NCBI GenBank assembly: GCA_002633005.1
Contig: NMRA01000127.1
Span: forward strand, 841,200-905,199
Source: Phoronis australis
Taxonomy: Eukaryota > Animalia > Phoronida
Direction: 5' to 3'
Length of the DNA stretch: 64,000 nucleotides
Of the stretch, positions 50,746 through 62,769 are shown one piece after another. The translations under genes were made by a program, and so were the position numbers. Each line of letters starts with the position of its first letter. Position 1 is the stretch's first letter. The notes beneath the pieces were generated by a model. The model ran no database searches, was not told the DNA's origin, and saw nothing but the letters and a program-made list of their open reading frames with translations.

Positions 50746-51430
50746 TACTGACCCAACTGGATGACTGAAAACATTCATCGTATTTTATTTTTAATTAAAT
50801 CATGTTGCATACCAATGAAAAGCCCAGTCATTCTGCTTTCCAACAATATCACACTTTGTCAATAACTATTCCTTGTCTTAAGTAACTTTGCTGCCAGAGG
50901 GCGCTTGGTTTCAAAGTTAATGTTGCAAAATCACTTGGAGCTAAATATGTATTCAAGTTTCAGCATTCAGGTTTTTCAGTATCAATTGCAGTGCTGATTC
51001 CATGGTATTAAAAACTTATGACAATTTGGTAACACTTGGACGCCGTATTGAACAACTGACTAACAGACAGTAGTAATAGTCTGACTGATAAACAACAGTG
51101 ATAGTCTTCTCAGCATAGGGTTGTCGAACCATTCGCAGTCACTGCAGCGACACATTTTCTTCGCATGCTGTTTACTAGCCAAGCGACGCGTGCTACGTTT
51201 GATGGCATTCCACTCCTGAGTCAGTAGACGCCTAAACAAGACACAGTGTTTGTGTTGGTCACTCGGGCACTTACGGCTCATACTTATTGGTCCCACAGGT
51301 GCCGATAGGGTTCAAGTTTGGGCTGCATGCGGGCCATTCCATTTGGAGCCAGAACACTAGATTTTCACATTTAAAGAAAGCTGCAAACTGGGTACTTCAA
51401 ACACTGCATAATTACGACTCAAGCTAATCC
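50746..51430 (-). mobile_element. Tc1-family transposon 3' relic
   Basis: The minus strand reads MEWPACSPNLNPI (WPxxSPDLNPIE motif, 51305-51342), LLTQEWNAI and SMRRKCVAAVTANGSTTLC* (stop 51110-12), with frameshifts. Boundaries are approximate. Confidence 0.8.
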
Positions 51431-53742
51431 TGCTAACAGTAGGAGTTCCATGCCATCAATCAGTGTCTCACCAATAAGCCTGTTTCTAAAAAGCTAACCC
51501 CCACATTTTTTTACTCTTTTTAGGACTAGCATGGAGCCGTATCTCTCAGCGTGAGACAAATATTCCCAAGATGAATATCTGAATTGTTTGGAGTTTCCAA
51601 CTGAACACACACCTGTATGAATGAGGTACTTTTCGTGATTTCGCTCACATGAGGGCGCTTTTGTCCCATTTATTATTCCCGATTTGGTCAGACGATACCG
51701 GAGGTGATTGGTGACAGTATCAATTTACGATTGAAATGCATGGTGTTAAGTTTCAGTTGCTGTTTGTGAAAACACGATTGATCTTGCAAATTACCAGAGT
51801 ATTACTAACAAAATCGACAATTTTAAATGCTCTCCAAAACGGAGCGTACGTAGATGTCAGAATGAAAACTGAGTTTGTTATAATCCTGAATATCCGCAAC
51901 CTTCGCACAACCTTGCGTATATCACTCCAAAGACATCGGTTTTAGCAGGTCCTACTCCCCCTTTACTAACGTGGAAAATGCACGTCATTTGTTTACTCTA
52001 CCCAATTGAATAGTCAAGATGGTGGACAGAAACCGTAGACTCGAGTAACGGGAACTAATACATCGGATATTTTCCTGCTGTTTTGACCGATATGTAAAGA
52101 TATACAGAAAGGGTTGCATCAATGTCCTTGATTCTTCGAGCAGAAAGCGTTAAGTAAAATCGATTTAATTGATGAAGTGGCCCCAGGCTTGACAAATTCG
52201 AAAGGCTTGACATTCCCCAAGATCCAAATATAGTGAATTATATGATTTAAGAAAAAGCCTATCGTCACATGTGAGTCTACAGCGTACACATTTCTCCAAG
52301 ACTATATGAATGCTTGTAGTTCTTGATCGGGTGGGTAAGCGACATTGGCTAAGTTGACATATATTTAATGACCAATGACCACTCACTGCAAGGGTGCGTA
52401 TGTAGACGTTAAAGTTTGTCATTTGATAACTAAATCTTTGGTGGTAGGGTGGTCTAAACAACCGAAAATTTCCTAACCAGACATTTTGGGGACCAGTGCA
52501 TTGAAAGTCCTCCAGCAGCAGCACCTGCAGCAGTCTTCTACACGATCTTCCATATAACCAACTGGTGTGAAATAGATAAGAGGACATAACTGCTATCACT
52601 GTTCACATAAAATAAAGGAATATTATACTGCTGCCAAAAATTTATGAAAACAGGCTCCACTGAATATAGACCCATTGGCCTACTTTCGAAGCCACAATCA
52701 CGAATTTCTGTATGTTATACATCGAGACTATCTTTGATCAGCGTGTGTCCATGAAATCTCTAACAATAATCGAGGGAATTTTAGTCGGAGTCCCCGGAAA
52801 AATCGAAATGTTATCTACTGGAGTTGTCCACTGCCTCTAGGCAAATTATAATGCAAGCTTTCAATCACAAAAATGCGTTCAAATTGGGCTATGCCCTCCG
52901 AGCTGACTATTATTTTTGTGTGTCAAACATCGAGACGAATCACGATCTTTGATCAGAGTGTGTCCTTGGGTTCTCTAACAATAGTTGCGGTAGAATTCAA
53001 TCGGGATCCACGGAAAGCTTTTAAAACATGGTGTGGAGCTCAACTGGAGTTACCCACAGCCTTCAAGGTAAATTACAATGCCTTGTATTCATCCCAAAAA
53101 TAACGTTCAAATCTTGCTTTGCCCCAAGAGGGCCGGAAATGTTATCAATCCTAAACAGGTCGTTCAACTGAGAGTATTGACAAATAAGTTCCAACCCATT
53201 AATGAATGAAGACAGAATTACTATCCAAATTTTTGTCGACCTTATATCATGTGGTGGTTATCCAACATTTCACGTTTGAAACCAATTGCTTTATTTATGG
53301 AAACTTTGTACAGTGTATAAGTTAACGTTTCGGCCGAAAGTAAAACGACCCACCTCCTTTAAAAGCAAGCAAATCCTGCTCCCATTTGCATGTTGTTAGT
53401 TAACAGTGATCAGGTGATGAAGATTCAGCCAAGTAAACCAGTTTGCAATCGTATAGGCCTGCGAAGAATGGGCACTTGTGACTACCCAAAGCATTTTAAC
53501 TCGAAATATTGCAGAGGATAACGAGTAATTCTCGAAATACATTATATTACTGCATTGATAATATATGCGTCGACATAATATTTCGAATAGACCACGTTCA
53601 AACCAATTGTTTAGGAAGCAATCTATAAAATGTATCCATGTTTTGCCAAAATTGACAAATCGTATACTTTTTTGAAGTTCCTGACATAGTTTTCACGCAT
53701 CAATTCCGTAGCAAAAATAGCATCGCAAGAACGTCACAGCTG

Positions 53743-53864
53743 ATGACGTCACATGTAGAGAAGTCTACATTTGAATATTTTCCAGTTTAGAAAGTCGTAC
53801 ATTTCAACGCAATGGAGAGAGAAAGTGTTCTATATTTTGTCAAACAACTGAAAATTCGTAAAGA
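53743..53864 (+). pseudogene. Isolated exon-1 copy of the coiled-coil gene
   Basis: MTSHVEKSTFEYFPV*...MERESVLYFVKQLKIRKE|GTAAGT, with an in-frame TAG. It is followed by a repeat of the upstream region instead of exon 2. Confidence 0.8.
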
Positions 53865-55339
53865 GTAAGTAGTATTTCAAAAGCTAAGTAAAACGAACCA
53901 TCCCGGTTTAAAGGCAAGTCCTCGCCTGAGCATGTTGTTAGCTGATAGTCATCAGGTGATGACGATTCAGCCAAGTGAACAAGTTTGCAATCGTATAAGC
54001 CTGCGAAGAATGGGCACTTGTGGCTATCCAGAGCATTTCAACTCGAAATGTCGCAAAGGATGACGAGTGATTCTCGAAATACTTTGCATTACTGCATTAA
54101 TAAAATATAAGATTATTAATATTTCGAATAGACGACGTTCAAACCAATTGTTTAGCTTGCAATCTATAAAATGTCTCAATGTTTTGCCAAAATTGTGCAT
54201 AGGTCGTCTAAACGCACTATTTTTTCCTCGAAATTGTATATCACATGAGAAAATTTGATGACCTGACAGATAACATCAATTTCTGTGCATTTCCTGACTT
54301 TTGAAAATATATATCTTTCCACATTTAGGGGCCCAGCCATTGAAGGGGACCATTGAGGACATTCAACTGGCCACCCTTTTTCTGTTTTTACTGACAAATT
54401 CTTAAGGAACCGCTCAGGGAGAGAGGACCCAATGTTGGCATCGATTACTTCTATTTTCATGGCTTTTATATCGAACAACAGGCTTTCATGTCGAGGAAGG
54501 TCTTTTCTTGCAGGGTCACACGACAATGGAATGAAGGGTCATTCTTTTCCAAGCTTAATGATGTCTAGTCTTTCATCTTTATGTGTCCCATTTCAGACGG
54601 GACCTTCTTTCTGTGGGGCGGTTCGGGGGCATTGTCACTTTGTCCCTCTATACACGTAAATCCGACACTGCCAAGTATTCACGAGGGGAAGTTGAGATTC
54701 CAAGTTCCTCAAAAACTGAAAACATTCGTGCACAACGCAACAGTATCAAAATCTTCGACCCAAAAAACCAAAATGTGAAAAGTACAATAAGGTTGACCGC
54801 CATGGAAAAGGTAGAATTTTGAAGAACGTGAAGACCACTATTTGTGAATTACACAAAATCATTCTTTCCGACGGTTATTTGTAACATAATGTTACTTTTT
54901 GCATAGTATCGCAAGAATAGAATTGGTTTTGAAGATCTTACTAGGAGTTGTTCGTAAGGAATTCGCACATGTCGAACAGGCTGTCGGGGATACGATTTGT
55001 GATGGCCGTGTACATGTCGAACGGGGGTACTCAAAGTAATCGCAATCATAAAATTAATAATGATTTTAGCGTGTTTTTTTTTTGGAGTTCAAGTTCAACT
55101 CGTGAACGGTTATAGGTACCCCTGAATTGAGCAAAGATCCACCATAATACGAATGCTCCATCTCCCATGTCCCCGCCCCTTTTTTAATAAATTTATTGCC
55201 CAGACAACATCACGTAACCAGTCTGAGTTTGGGTGACTCAGTTCTGGCTTTAACAAAAGTATATAATAGCGACTAATAGATATATGAGGCAATAAAATGT
55301 AGCTGGAAAGGGGAAAGGGGAGAGGGGGAGGACTTNTAG

Positions 55340-56310
55340 GTTCTATATAAATACGTACAAACATAAATACATATAAAAATAATAATGACAGTACAACTTT
55401 GATGATTTCTAGAATACTAATTATAAGCATGCGTGCAGACCTCTCCATTTATCCATATTTGTGTACAAGGTATCTGTTAAAATTGTGTTTATAAAAGTTT
55501 TTAATTTCAACTTGAAATCCTTAAAAAGGAGAGGCTTTTTTACCTTTGATGTATGGTAAATGAAGTGAAGTGCAAGTGTATTAATGGTATTGAAAATTAA
55601 TTTGTGGTTTGTATTAGGGTTTTGAATAGAATCTAATATGTCCCAAATCGTAAATATGTACCGGGTATTTAGGGCTTTATTTAAGAGTGTTTGCACTGAT
55701 TCCCAGAAAGTCCTGACACATGTGCAATAATAAAACATATGAAATAGAGTCTGTAATTCATCACAATAGGGGCACTTATCAGTATCAACCACCCCTATTT
55801 TGTATAAAGTGATATTTGTAAATATTCTTCTATGGGTAAAGAGTTACCTGAAGTTTTTTAATTCATTTATTGGGAGGCTGAAGGGTAAAAAATAAATTTC
55901 TCTAATTTCTTTTTCATTATAATAATTACTTAACCGCGCATAAGTGTCGGGCTTTTGTGCAAAAGTATGTATAGTACACTTTTTAAACCAATCTTTACTA
56001 CAACTGCTATAATTAATTAAATGAAACTTATTATAACCAATAGATATTGCTTCTAGTTCACCAAGATGCTTCCTCAATGCACTAACAACAACATTGTATT
56101 GGAATATACAAAATTCTTCAGATTGTATTTATTTTTGATAAAATCCCAACAAAGAATTTTATTTTCATTATCCAGAAAATCTTCAGAAAAACAACTGTCC
56201 CGCTTCAAACATTTCCCGACAAAATACGGATTTATTGCTAAGTAAAATGTTTTGAATATTCCACAACACTTGTTTGTTAATAGGTATATTCCCCCTGTTA
56301 CCCCGCAAAA
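55340..56310 (-). mobile_element. L1/Tx1-clade LINE, 3' end of ORF2 (zinc knuckle), 5'-truncated
   Basis: HRRIFTNITLYKIGVVDTDKCPYCDELQTLFHMFYYCTCVRTFW: the C-x2-C-x7-H-x4-C motif of L1/Tx1 ORF2. Upstream frames are broken. Confidence 0.85.
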
Positions 56311-56369
56311 ATTTGCAAGCATGCCTGCGGAAATTGCTTATAACATTAGGTTTTGATAATCAAATTCGG

Positions 56370-57130
56370 TGGTTTCTGATTTAAATGTTTATGTATGTAG
56401 GAAAATTGACAGATTCATAGATTATTTTTTGCAATTAAAAGTTAATCTTGTAAGAATTCGTGAGGCTTCAATGAATTTAGTTTCAGCCTGAAGTTGGAAA
56501 AACTCTATAATCTTGTACTCAAACAGCAAAGTACATTTATACGATTTTTGCCTATCTAAAATAATTGTCAAAGACATTGATGAAATTCGGACAGTTCCCA
56601 AAAATATACTAAAATTTAAATGACAATAAATGCATTGCTTTTTGAATTAGGCGCAAGATTTGTTATTTAAACTCACAAATAACAGATCAAAAAGGAAATA
56701 AATCATTAAATCAAAGTAAACGCATTGCTCATGGAATGATTGTTGGCTTCTGATTTCCATGTTTATGTATCTACGAAAATCGACTGATTGATAGATGATT
56801 TTTGACAATTAGAAGCTAATCGTGTAAGAAATTACGATGCTTCACTGAACTTAGTTGCAACGTGACTTTGCGAAATTTCGATCTATCGTCAGATCCACAA
56901 ATAGCAAAGTACACTAAACGATATTTGTCTAATTTGAAAGACTCTCAAGGATAATGATGAATGTCGGACAGCTCTACAAATTGTACTACAAAAATGCTCT
57001 CACAATTCAAATGGAATTATTAGATTGTTTATTGACTTAGGAGCTACATCAGTGGATTAAATTCACAAACTGTAGATCGAAAAAGAAGTTTAAGTCCTTA
57101 AAAAAATAAAATTAAACTCATTGCTTATTA
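56370..57130. repeat. Diverged ~375-bp tandem duplication
   Basis: TTTATGTATGTAGGAAAATTGACAGATT (56388) versus TTTATGTATCTACGAAAATCGACTGATT (56762), colinear to the end of each unit. Confidence 0.8.
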
Positions 57131-58166
57131 ACTTGCAAAGATTGTCTTTGCACTTTCTTGCTGTTTTTAGTTTCAAGTAGTATTGGGCAATGAACGTTAA
57201 CTTAGTTCTTCAAAATTGACTCGTTGGCTTGCCATTCCCGTGCATACTACACAGACGAAGCGCGTCACGACTGACGCACCCACGTTAAAAATAATGTGTT
57301 ACCATGCAGTAGGCCCACGCAGAACCCGAGTGATCCACGGGAACTGAATTTGAACTCCAAGCGTTGAAATGTGTACATTTTGGGACGCAATCTGTATCAT
57401 TGTCCACAGGTACCAGAAATTGGACTACCGACCGTGTTTCAACAAGGAATTTTGAAACAGACCAGAGGCGATATACTAGAGACTAGGGACCTCGGGACTT
57501 AACCTTTTCAAAAACTTCCTTCAAAGAATGACCATACTGAAACGAAATTTTCCCAAAACTGGATTATATTAAACGAATCTTGACCTTAGAGGCAGCGCAG
57601 ACGGATAGGTTGGAGCAAAGATGCCTGTCTCAAGTGAATCATAGCTGAGCTGACCAGCGACTAGCCTAGTTCTCCGAATTTCGTACTTTCACACTGTCAG
57701 ATCTTAGCTACAGTAACTTGAGGCAGCTCCCAGCTACCATTCAGCGCCCAGGCACTAGGCCCATTCTTACTCTATGAAACTTTGTTGGTTCACGGGTTAC
57801 TCAAATCCTGATGATTGCATCCTCGGGTTTGCCAACCCCCCACCTATCACCTATGGTGGACGTGGGGGGGTTCGGTACAAATATGGCGGAATCCGGAGGA
57901 CGGGGGGTGGTGGCGATAGGAAGGGGGTAGTTCGGCGAAGTCGAATTGGTTTGTGCAACCCAATATTTTTGCCTTCCTACGTTCCTGAAATAAGGACCAG
58001 GGGCCTGTTCCAGGAAACTGACTTAAGTTCAATTTTGACTTAATTTTAAGATTTGTCTTAGCTAAGTCAGTTTTGTTAGAACGGGCCCGTGTCCTATACA
58101 TGCTTTTTTGAAGTTCGTGACATCAATTCCGTACCATAAATGTCAATCACAAGAACGTCACAGCTG

Positions 58167-61100
58167 ATGACGTCACATGTAGAGAAGTGTACTGTTGAAT
58201 CTTTTCCCGATTACACAGCGGTACATTTTAACGCAATGGAGAGAGAAAGTGCTTTATATTTCGTCAAACAACTGAAAATTCGTAAAGAGTAAGTAGTATT
58301 TCAAAGGCCAATCTGGCATAAACTCTCTTACTTATATTTTAAAATAATAAAAACTAGCATAGGTAGAGCGTTGGCATATCTAATCTGTTACTCCATTCCT
58401 CGTTCTTGCAACCTTAGTAAAGCATGATTCTTTGTATCACTTTAGGGTTAATGCACAGGCTGCAAATTGTCTGAAAAAGATGACTAAGAACTACGTCAAG
58501 GACGCTGAAAAGTTGAAAAATGCCGTAAAACGTGAGTATTGCCGCTGAGGAAAACGAATTTATCTTCTTGATGCAGTCCGCCACAAATCATACGGTAAAT
58601 CAACTTTTTTACCGTAAAAATTTCAAATTCTAATGAAGTGAGAGATTGTGAGACTCTGCCGTGGTGATTTCACGTCATTAACCAAAATGTTATAGTATAG
58701 TATTTGACACAACGTTAGATCAATTACTCGTTTGAAGACCGTTAGGATCGCTTTGTGAACGCTCGTTTAAGATCCAGTTTTCTAGTGATCAATGGCCGGT
58801 TGCATGAAACGTCTCTATCAGCGACTCAACTAAGTTCCCTGAATGTTTTGCATATTTGTTTCGTTCATAGCTCGTATATGTACTGTTTTTCTATCATTTT
58901 ACATTTGTTACGAGCTCCTCTTTGACTGAAAACTGAGGTCTTAATTCAATCAAAACAATTAGGGACTTAAATTAGGGGCGTTGCATGAAAAAATCCCTAC
59001 TTATTTTGATAGTGAGAATTCGACTTAGCGTTCACTCACGATTTGTATGAAAGTAAAAGTTGGCCTAATAATGATACTCAGACAGCTTAAGAAAGGACAG
59101 TCAGTTTGCACAAGCCCACTAGTATACAGTAGAATTAGGGAAATTGTTTGAGTCCCGATTTCGGACTGTTTCATGCAGAGGCTTCCTATGTACCTCCTCA
59201 AGAAGCCTCGTCCACAGCATACGTCTTAGCTCATTTGTTTGACGCTTTCATCGAGCAAAGGAAATTTATTGAAGCATCAAGAAAAAATCACTATGCAAGA
59301 AAGGCGTGGCGCAAAGAAATTCATTCTTGCTGTTTCGTTTTGATCATTGCAGGTTTTCCTACAGACTCTGACGTAGCAAAGGGTGTTAGTGACTTTCTGA
59401 TAGAACTGAATCAACGTCTTGGACATCTCAGAGCCGACCTGAGAGAGGTCGAGCGTGACATGGAATTAATAGACAGGTCAGTAGATGCGAGGAAGTCTTG
59501 TAAGTGTCTATTATTGTGGAAGTCGATTTTCATTGATCCTCACTTTGTAAAATAATCCAATAATTGATTCCAAAAATTGGTTTTAGACTGCGTAAAATAT
59601 TGTTGACTTGATTTTTCAGCGTCGTCAGACACACAGTGAAGGTTGAGAAAAAGCTAGGAGCTGCTATTGAAATATTATCAAATTTGAAAAAGGTGAGAAA
59701 TTTACGTACGTACCTGCCCAAACAAATGTATGGGAATTCCCGTAGCAACTGTATTTTAAACACTTGACCGATGATGTCATACATGTTTTTCTCTTTAGGA
59801 CCTTATTATACCAGACTCGTCCTCAGAATATTCGAGTCCAACTTTAAATCTAGTTGAATGTCTGATAGAACGAACGGAACCGGACAACTTTGGTAAAATA
59901 CCTCAAATGCGGCACCACCTAACGATATCTTACTCAAATTGTGCAACATTTAGCTTGTCACCATTCGTTTTTTGTCCTTTTTGGAGACTGTGTTGTGATT
60001 TACCTTGGTGTGACAAGGCTGTCATTATGGAGGTGATTTTTAATATTTGCTTTAAAAGAGTGTCGATGAGACTGACTGCCAGTAACTCAGATTCAATGGA
60101 ATTGCACTACAACGCATCTCTTCATTGCAGAGTGAGCAAGCCAAGCGGGAGCGTCTCCGGTTGCTCGTATCTACCAACTGCTCGTCTCGGAAAATGCGAA
60201 ACAAGGCATCTGCCGAGGTAGAGGCTGTCAAGAACAAAGTTAGTCAGACGACAGACCAGGTTGAACAGCTGAAGCGGCAGTTGTATCAGGTGAGCCATCA
60301 CTTATGCATGTCTGGTATAGACGTCCTGAAACCTTCAGGTGGTTATTTAGTTATCACGTTTAAAATCTCTTGGTCTATTAATACCAACTTTTATCCTATT
60401 TACATAGGCATGACATTTCTAGCGGATATTTCTAGGGTCTTACAACATTTACAGCCTTATGAGCTCGAATACGTAGTAAACTCATGGTGGGTACTTCGGT
60501 AGTATTTTTTCTGGAAGACAACCGGTTGTGAATCTAGTGGTGAGGTGCTCGATTAAAAGTCAAAAACGGTACTTCGTATCCGTGGTTATCGCTGTTTTCT
60601 CGATTTTTCAGCTCATCGCCGAAATGCACGATATGTTATACGGACAGCAGAAAGCAGACGAGGTTATGCAAAGGTTTGTAAAGCGACATTTCCTCTGGTT
60701 AGCTCAGTGTTGGGTTATCCTCAAGCTCACTAAATTACAACCCAGAGTCCTCCTCGTATCCATAAGGATATTTCTTTGCTTAACGTGGTCAATGAAGTGT
60801 GTCGACGGATAGTCGAAAATTTTGGCGACCGGGGGATAGGGTGGAAACTGTCGAGACCTGAGAGGTCAAATATTATTTTCCTGACGACCAGGTCGCCACG
60901 TCGAAAATTCTGGCGACGGGAGGGGGCTGCTGCAAAATCATGGTGACCGGGACTGAAAATTGTGGAGTCTTGTGTGAAAAAGCTGTGAGAATGGAGGGTG
61001 GGTGTAATTTGTTGTTGACCATGGAGGGCAGACAAATACTACCACGGCCCTTTAAGCTTTTTATAGCTTTGGGCCTCAAGAACCAGCTACAGTAACAGTT

Positions 61101-61329
61101 TTGATTAATTTATGCTCTTTCAGAATTTTGCGTAATACACGTCGGCAAACTACATGCGAACACTGTTTTTGTTTCATCATTTATTTTACATTTGTTGATT
61201 GCTTTCAGTTCCAAAGTTCCTAAAGTGAACGGGTCACGGGTGACTGAATTTTGCCAGTGGATTTCGGTAACAAGTAAGCGGATCCGGCGTGCATGGAGTC
61301 GTCGTAGAACCCTACTTATGGGTCGATAA
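58167..61329 (+). CDS. Uncharacterised coiled-coil protein, second intact copy (7 exons, 248 aa; 257 aa from ATG 58140)
   Basis: Exons 58167-58288, 58446-58531, 59353-59476, 59620-59692, 60131-60289, 60612-60673, 61209-61329. Lengths and phases match the 5870-9746 copy and the frame is open throughout, ending ...WISVTSKRIRRAWSRRRTLLMGR*. ATTAAA at ~61571 is matched by ~9982 in copy 1. Confidence 0.85.
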
Positions 61330-62597
61330 AGTCACTAAAAAAAAGATGGCTGGATAGAGGGCGACGCACACGTTAACTGTCCAATTAGTAACATGAAACT
61401 TGAATCGTGGAAACGAAGCTGTCAAAACGCTTCCGTGCAATGGACTCCGTGTGGCATACACAAGCCGTGAAGAGCAGTGGAAATGTTGAATGCTGCGTTG
61501 TTCAGGAGAGTGACAATGTGAATTTGTACAAAGTTGTTTTATATTGTCGTCCTTTTTACATTTGTTGTGAATTAAACATTTAAATATACTGAAGTGTCGT
61601 TACTTATGTCATGCATAATTTGGTAAATCTAACCTCTCTACTACAGAATGCATTCGCATGTGAATTATCTTAGCAACGACCAAGAGTGTGGCCTATGACG
61701 AAACACGTTCCGCTGATGAGTAAAATATTAGGTTGACATGTGCGAACCCAGCCCAAAAATGTAGAAGGGGGTCAAAATTTTGACAATATGGACCTTACAC
61801 TAGCAAAATAGAGGGAGACCAAAAGAATATAACGGGATGCCACGTTCAGGGCTATCAATCATGCATTCGCGCCTTTTTAACGGACTTTCGTCTCGTTTTC
61901 TCTGACATTGTATTTCTCTCGCCCATTTCGCCAAATGGGATGCACATTCGAGCCCCCCGAGCCCTGGGTGCGCTCATGATTGACGTGAGGATCCGAGAAC
62001 TTTTGGCTATTGACGGAAGTGCCGGGGAGAAAGCAAAGCAGAAACCAATGAGATAGCTCATTGGCCGAGCAACGATAGCTTACGGGCGATACCAGCGTGT
62101 ATTCCCGTTCATTTTCATAATTATTAAGTTTATGATATTTCACATCTAAAATATTTCTTTAGTGTGACAAAATTTTGTTGTATAGGAATGTTTTCGAATC
62201 ACAATTGTATGCTAAGTGAACAGGAAAAACCGATGATTATATATTTTTAAGTTCCCAAAGCCGATCGAATGTGACCAAACATCCAAGACCTCAGCCGTGG
62301 TTGCAGCCCAAGCTTATCGCTACTGGGGAAATACGGGTGGGGAATTAAAAAATAAAAGCGGAGTTTTTCACATAACCAAGCATTGTGTATATCCGTCACA
62401 GTACAGAGATAACGAGATCACGTCAATATTTCGAACTTCAGCCTTCGTTTGTGTTATGGAAACTAACCACAGAATCAATTGGAATTAGATGGATGGTGTT
62501 AACTTGTTGATTCATGGAAAAAAATGTCAAAAATTCAATTGAAAAAATTTTTCAGGTGGAACGGCTGCATGTTGAGATATTGTTAGACAGTTCCACA

Positions 62598-62769
62598 GTC
62601 TCCACTGCCTACAAATAGAGACGGTGGCCATCTCATAGGCCCTCCGTACGCCAGAAGCTTTCGGGCGAATTATCCCTCACACTGATTTTAATTAGTCACT
62701 GAGGCATAATTCGCCAAAAAGCTTCCGGCGTCAGTAAAGAAGGCCACCGTCTCTTCTGCAAGTTGAGAC
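62598..62769. mobile_element. ~170-bp imperfect palindrome (MITE-like)
   Basis: AGAGACGGTGGCC (62617-29) pairs with GGCCACCGTCTCT (62742-54). ACGCCAGAAGCTTTCGGGCGAATTAT pairs with ATAATTCGCCAAAAAGCTTCCGGCGT. Confidence 0.7.

Noticed and set aside
54176-54526. 116-aa minus-strand ORF in the inserted block
   Set aside because: No motif I can recognise; probably a transposon remnant, but the family cannot be supported without a search.
61695-61725. GACGAAACACGTTCCGCTGATGAGT, containing both hammerhead core boxes
   Set aside because: Only about 2 nt lie between the putative cleavage triplet and CUGAUGA, so stem I cannot form, and stem II pairing is poor.
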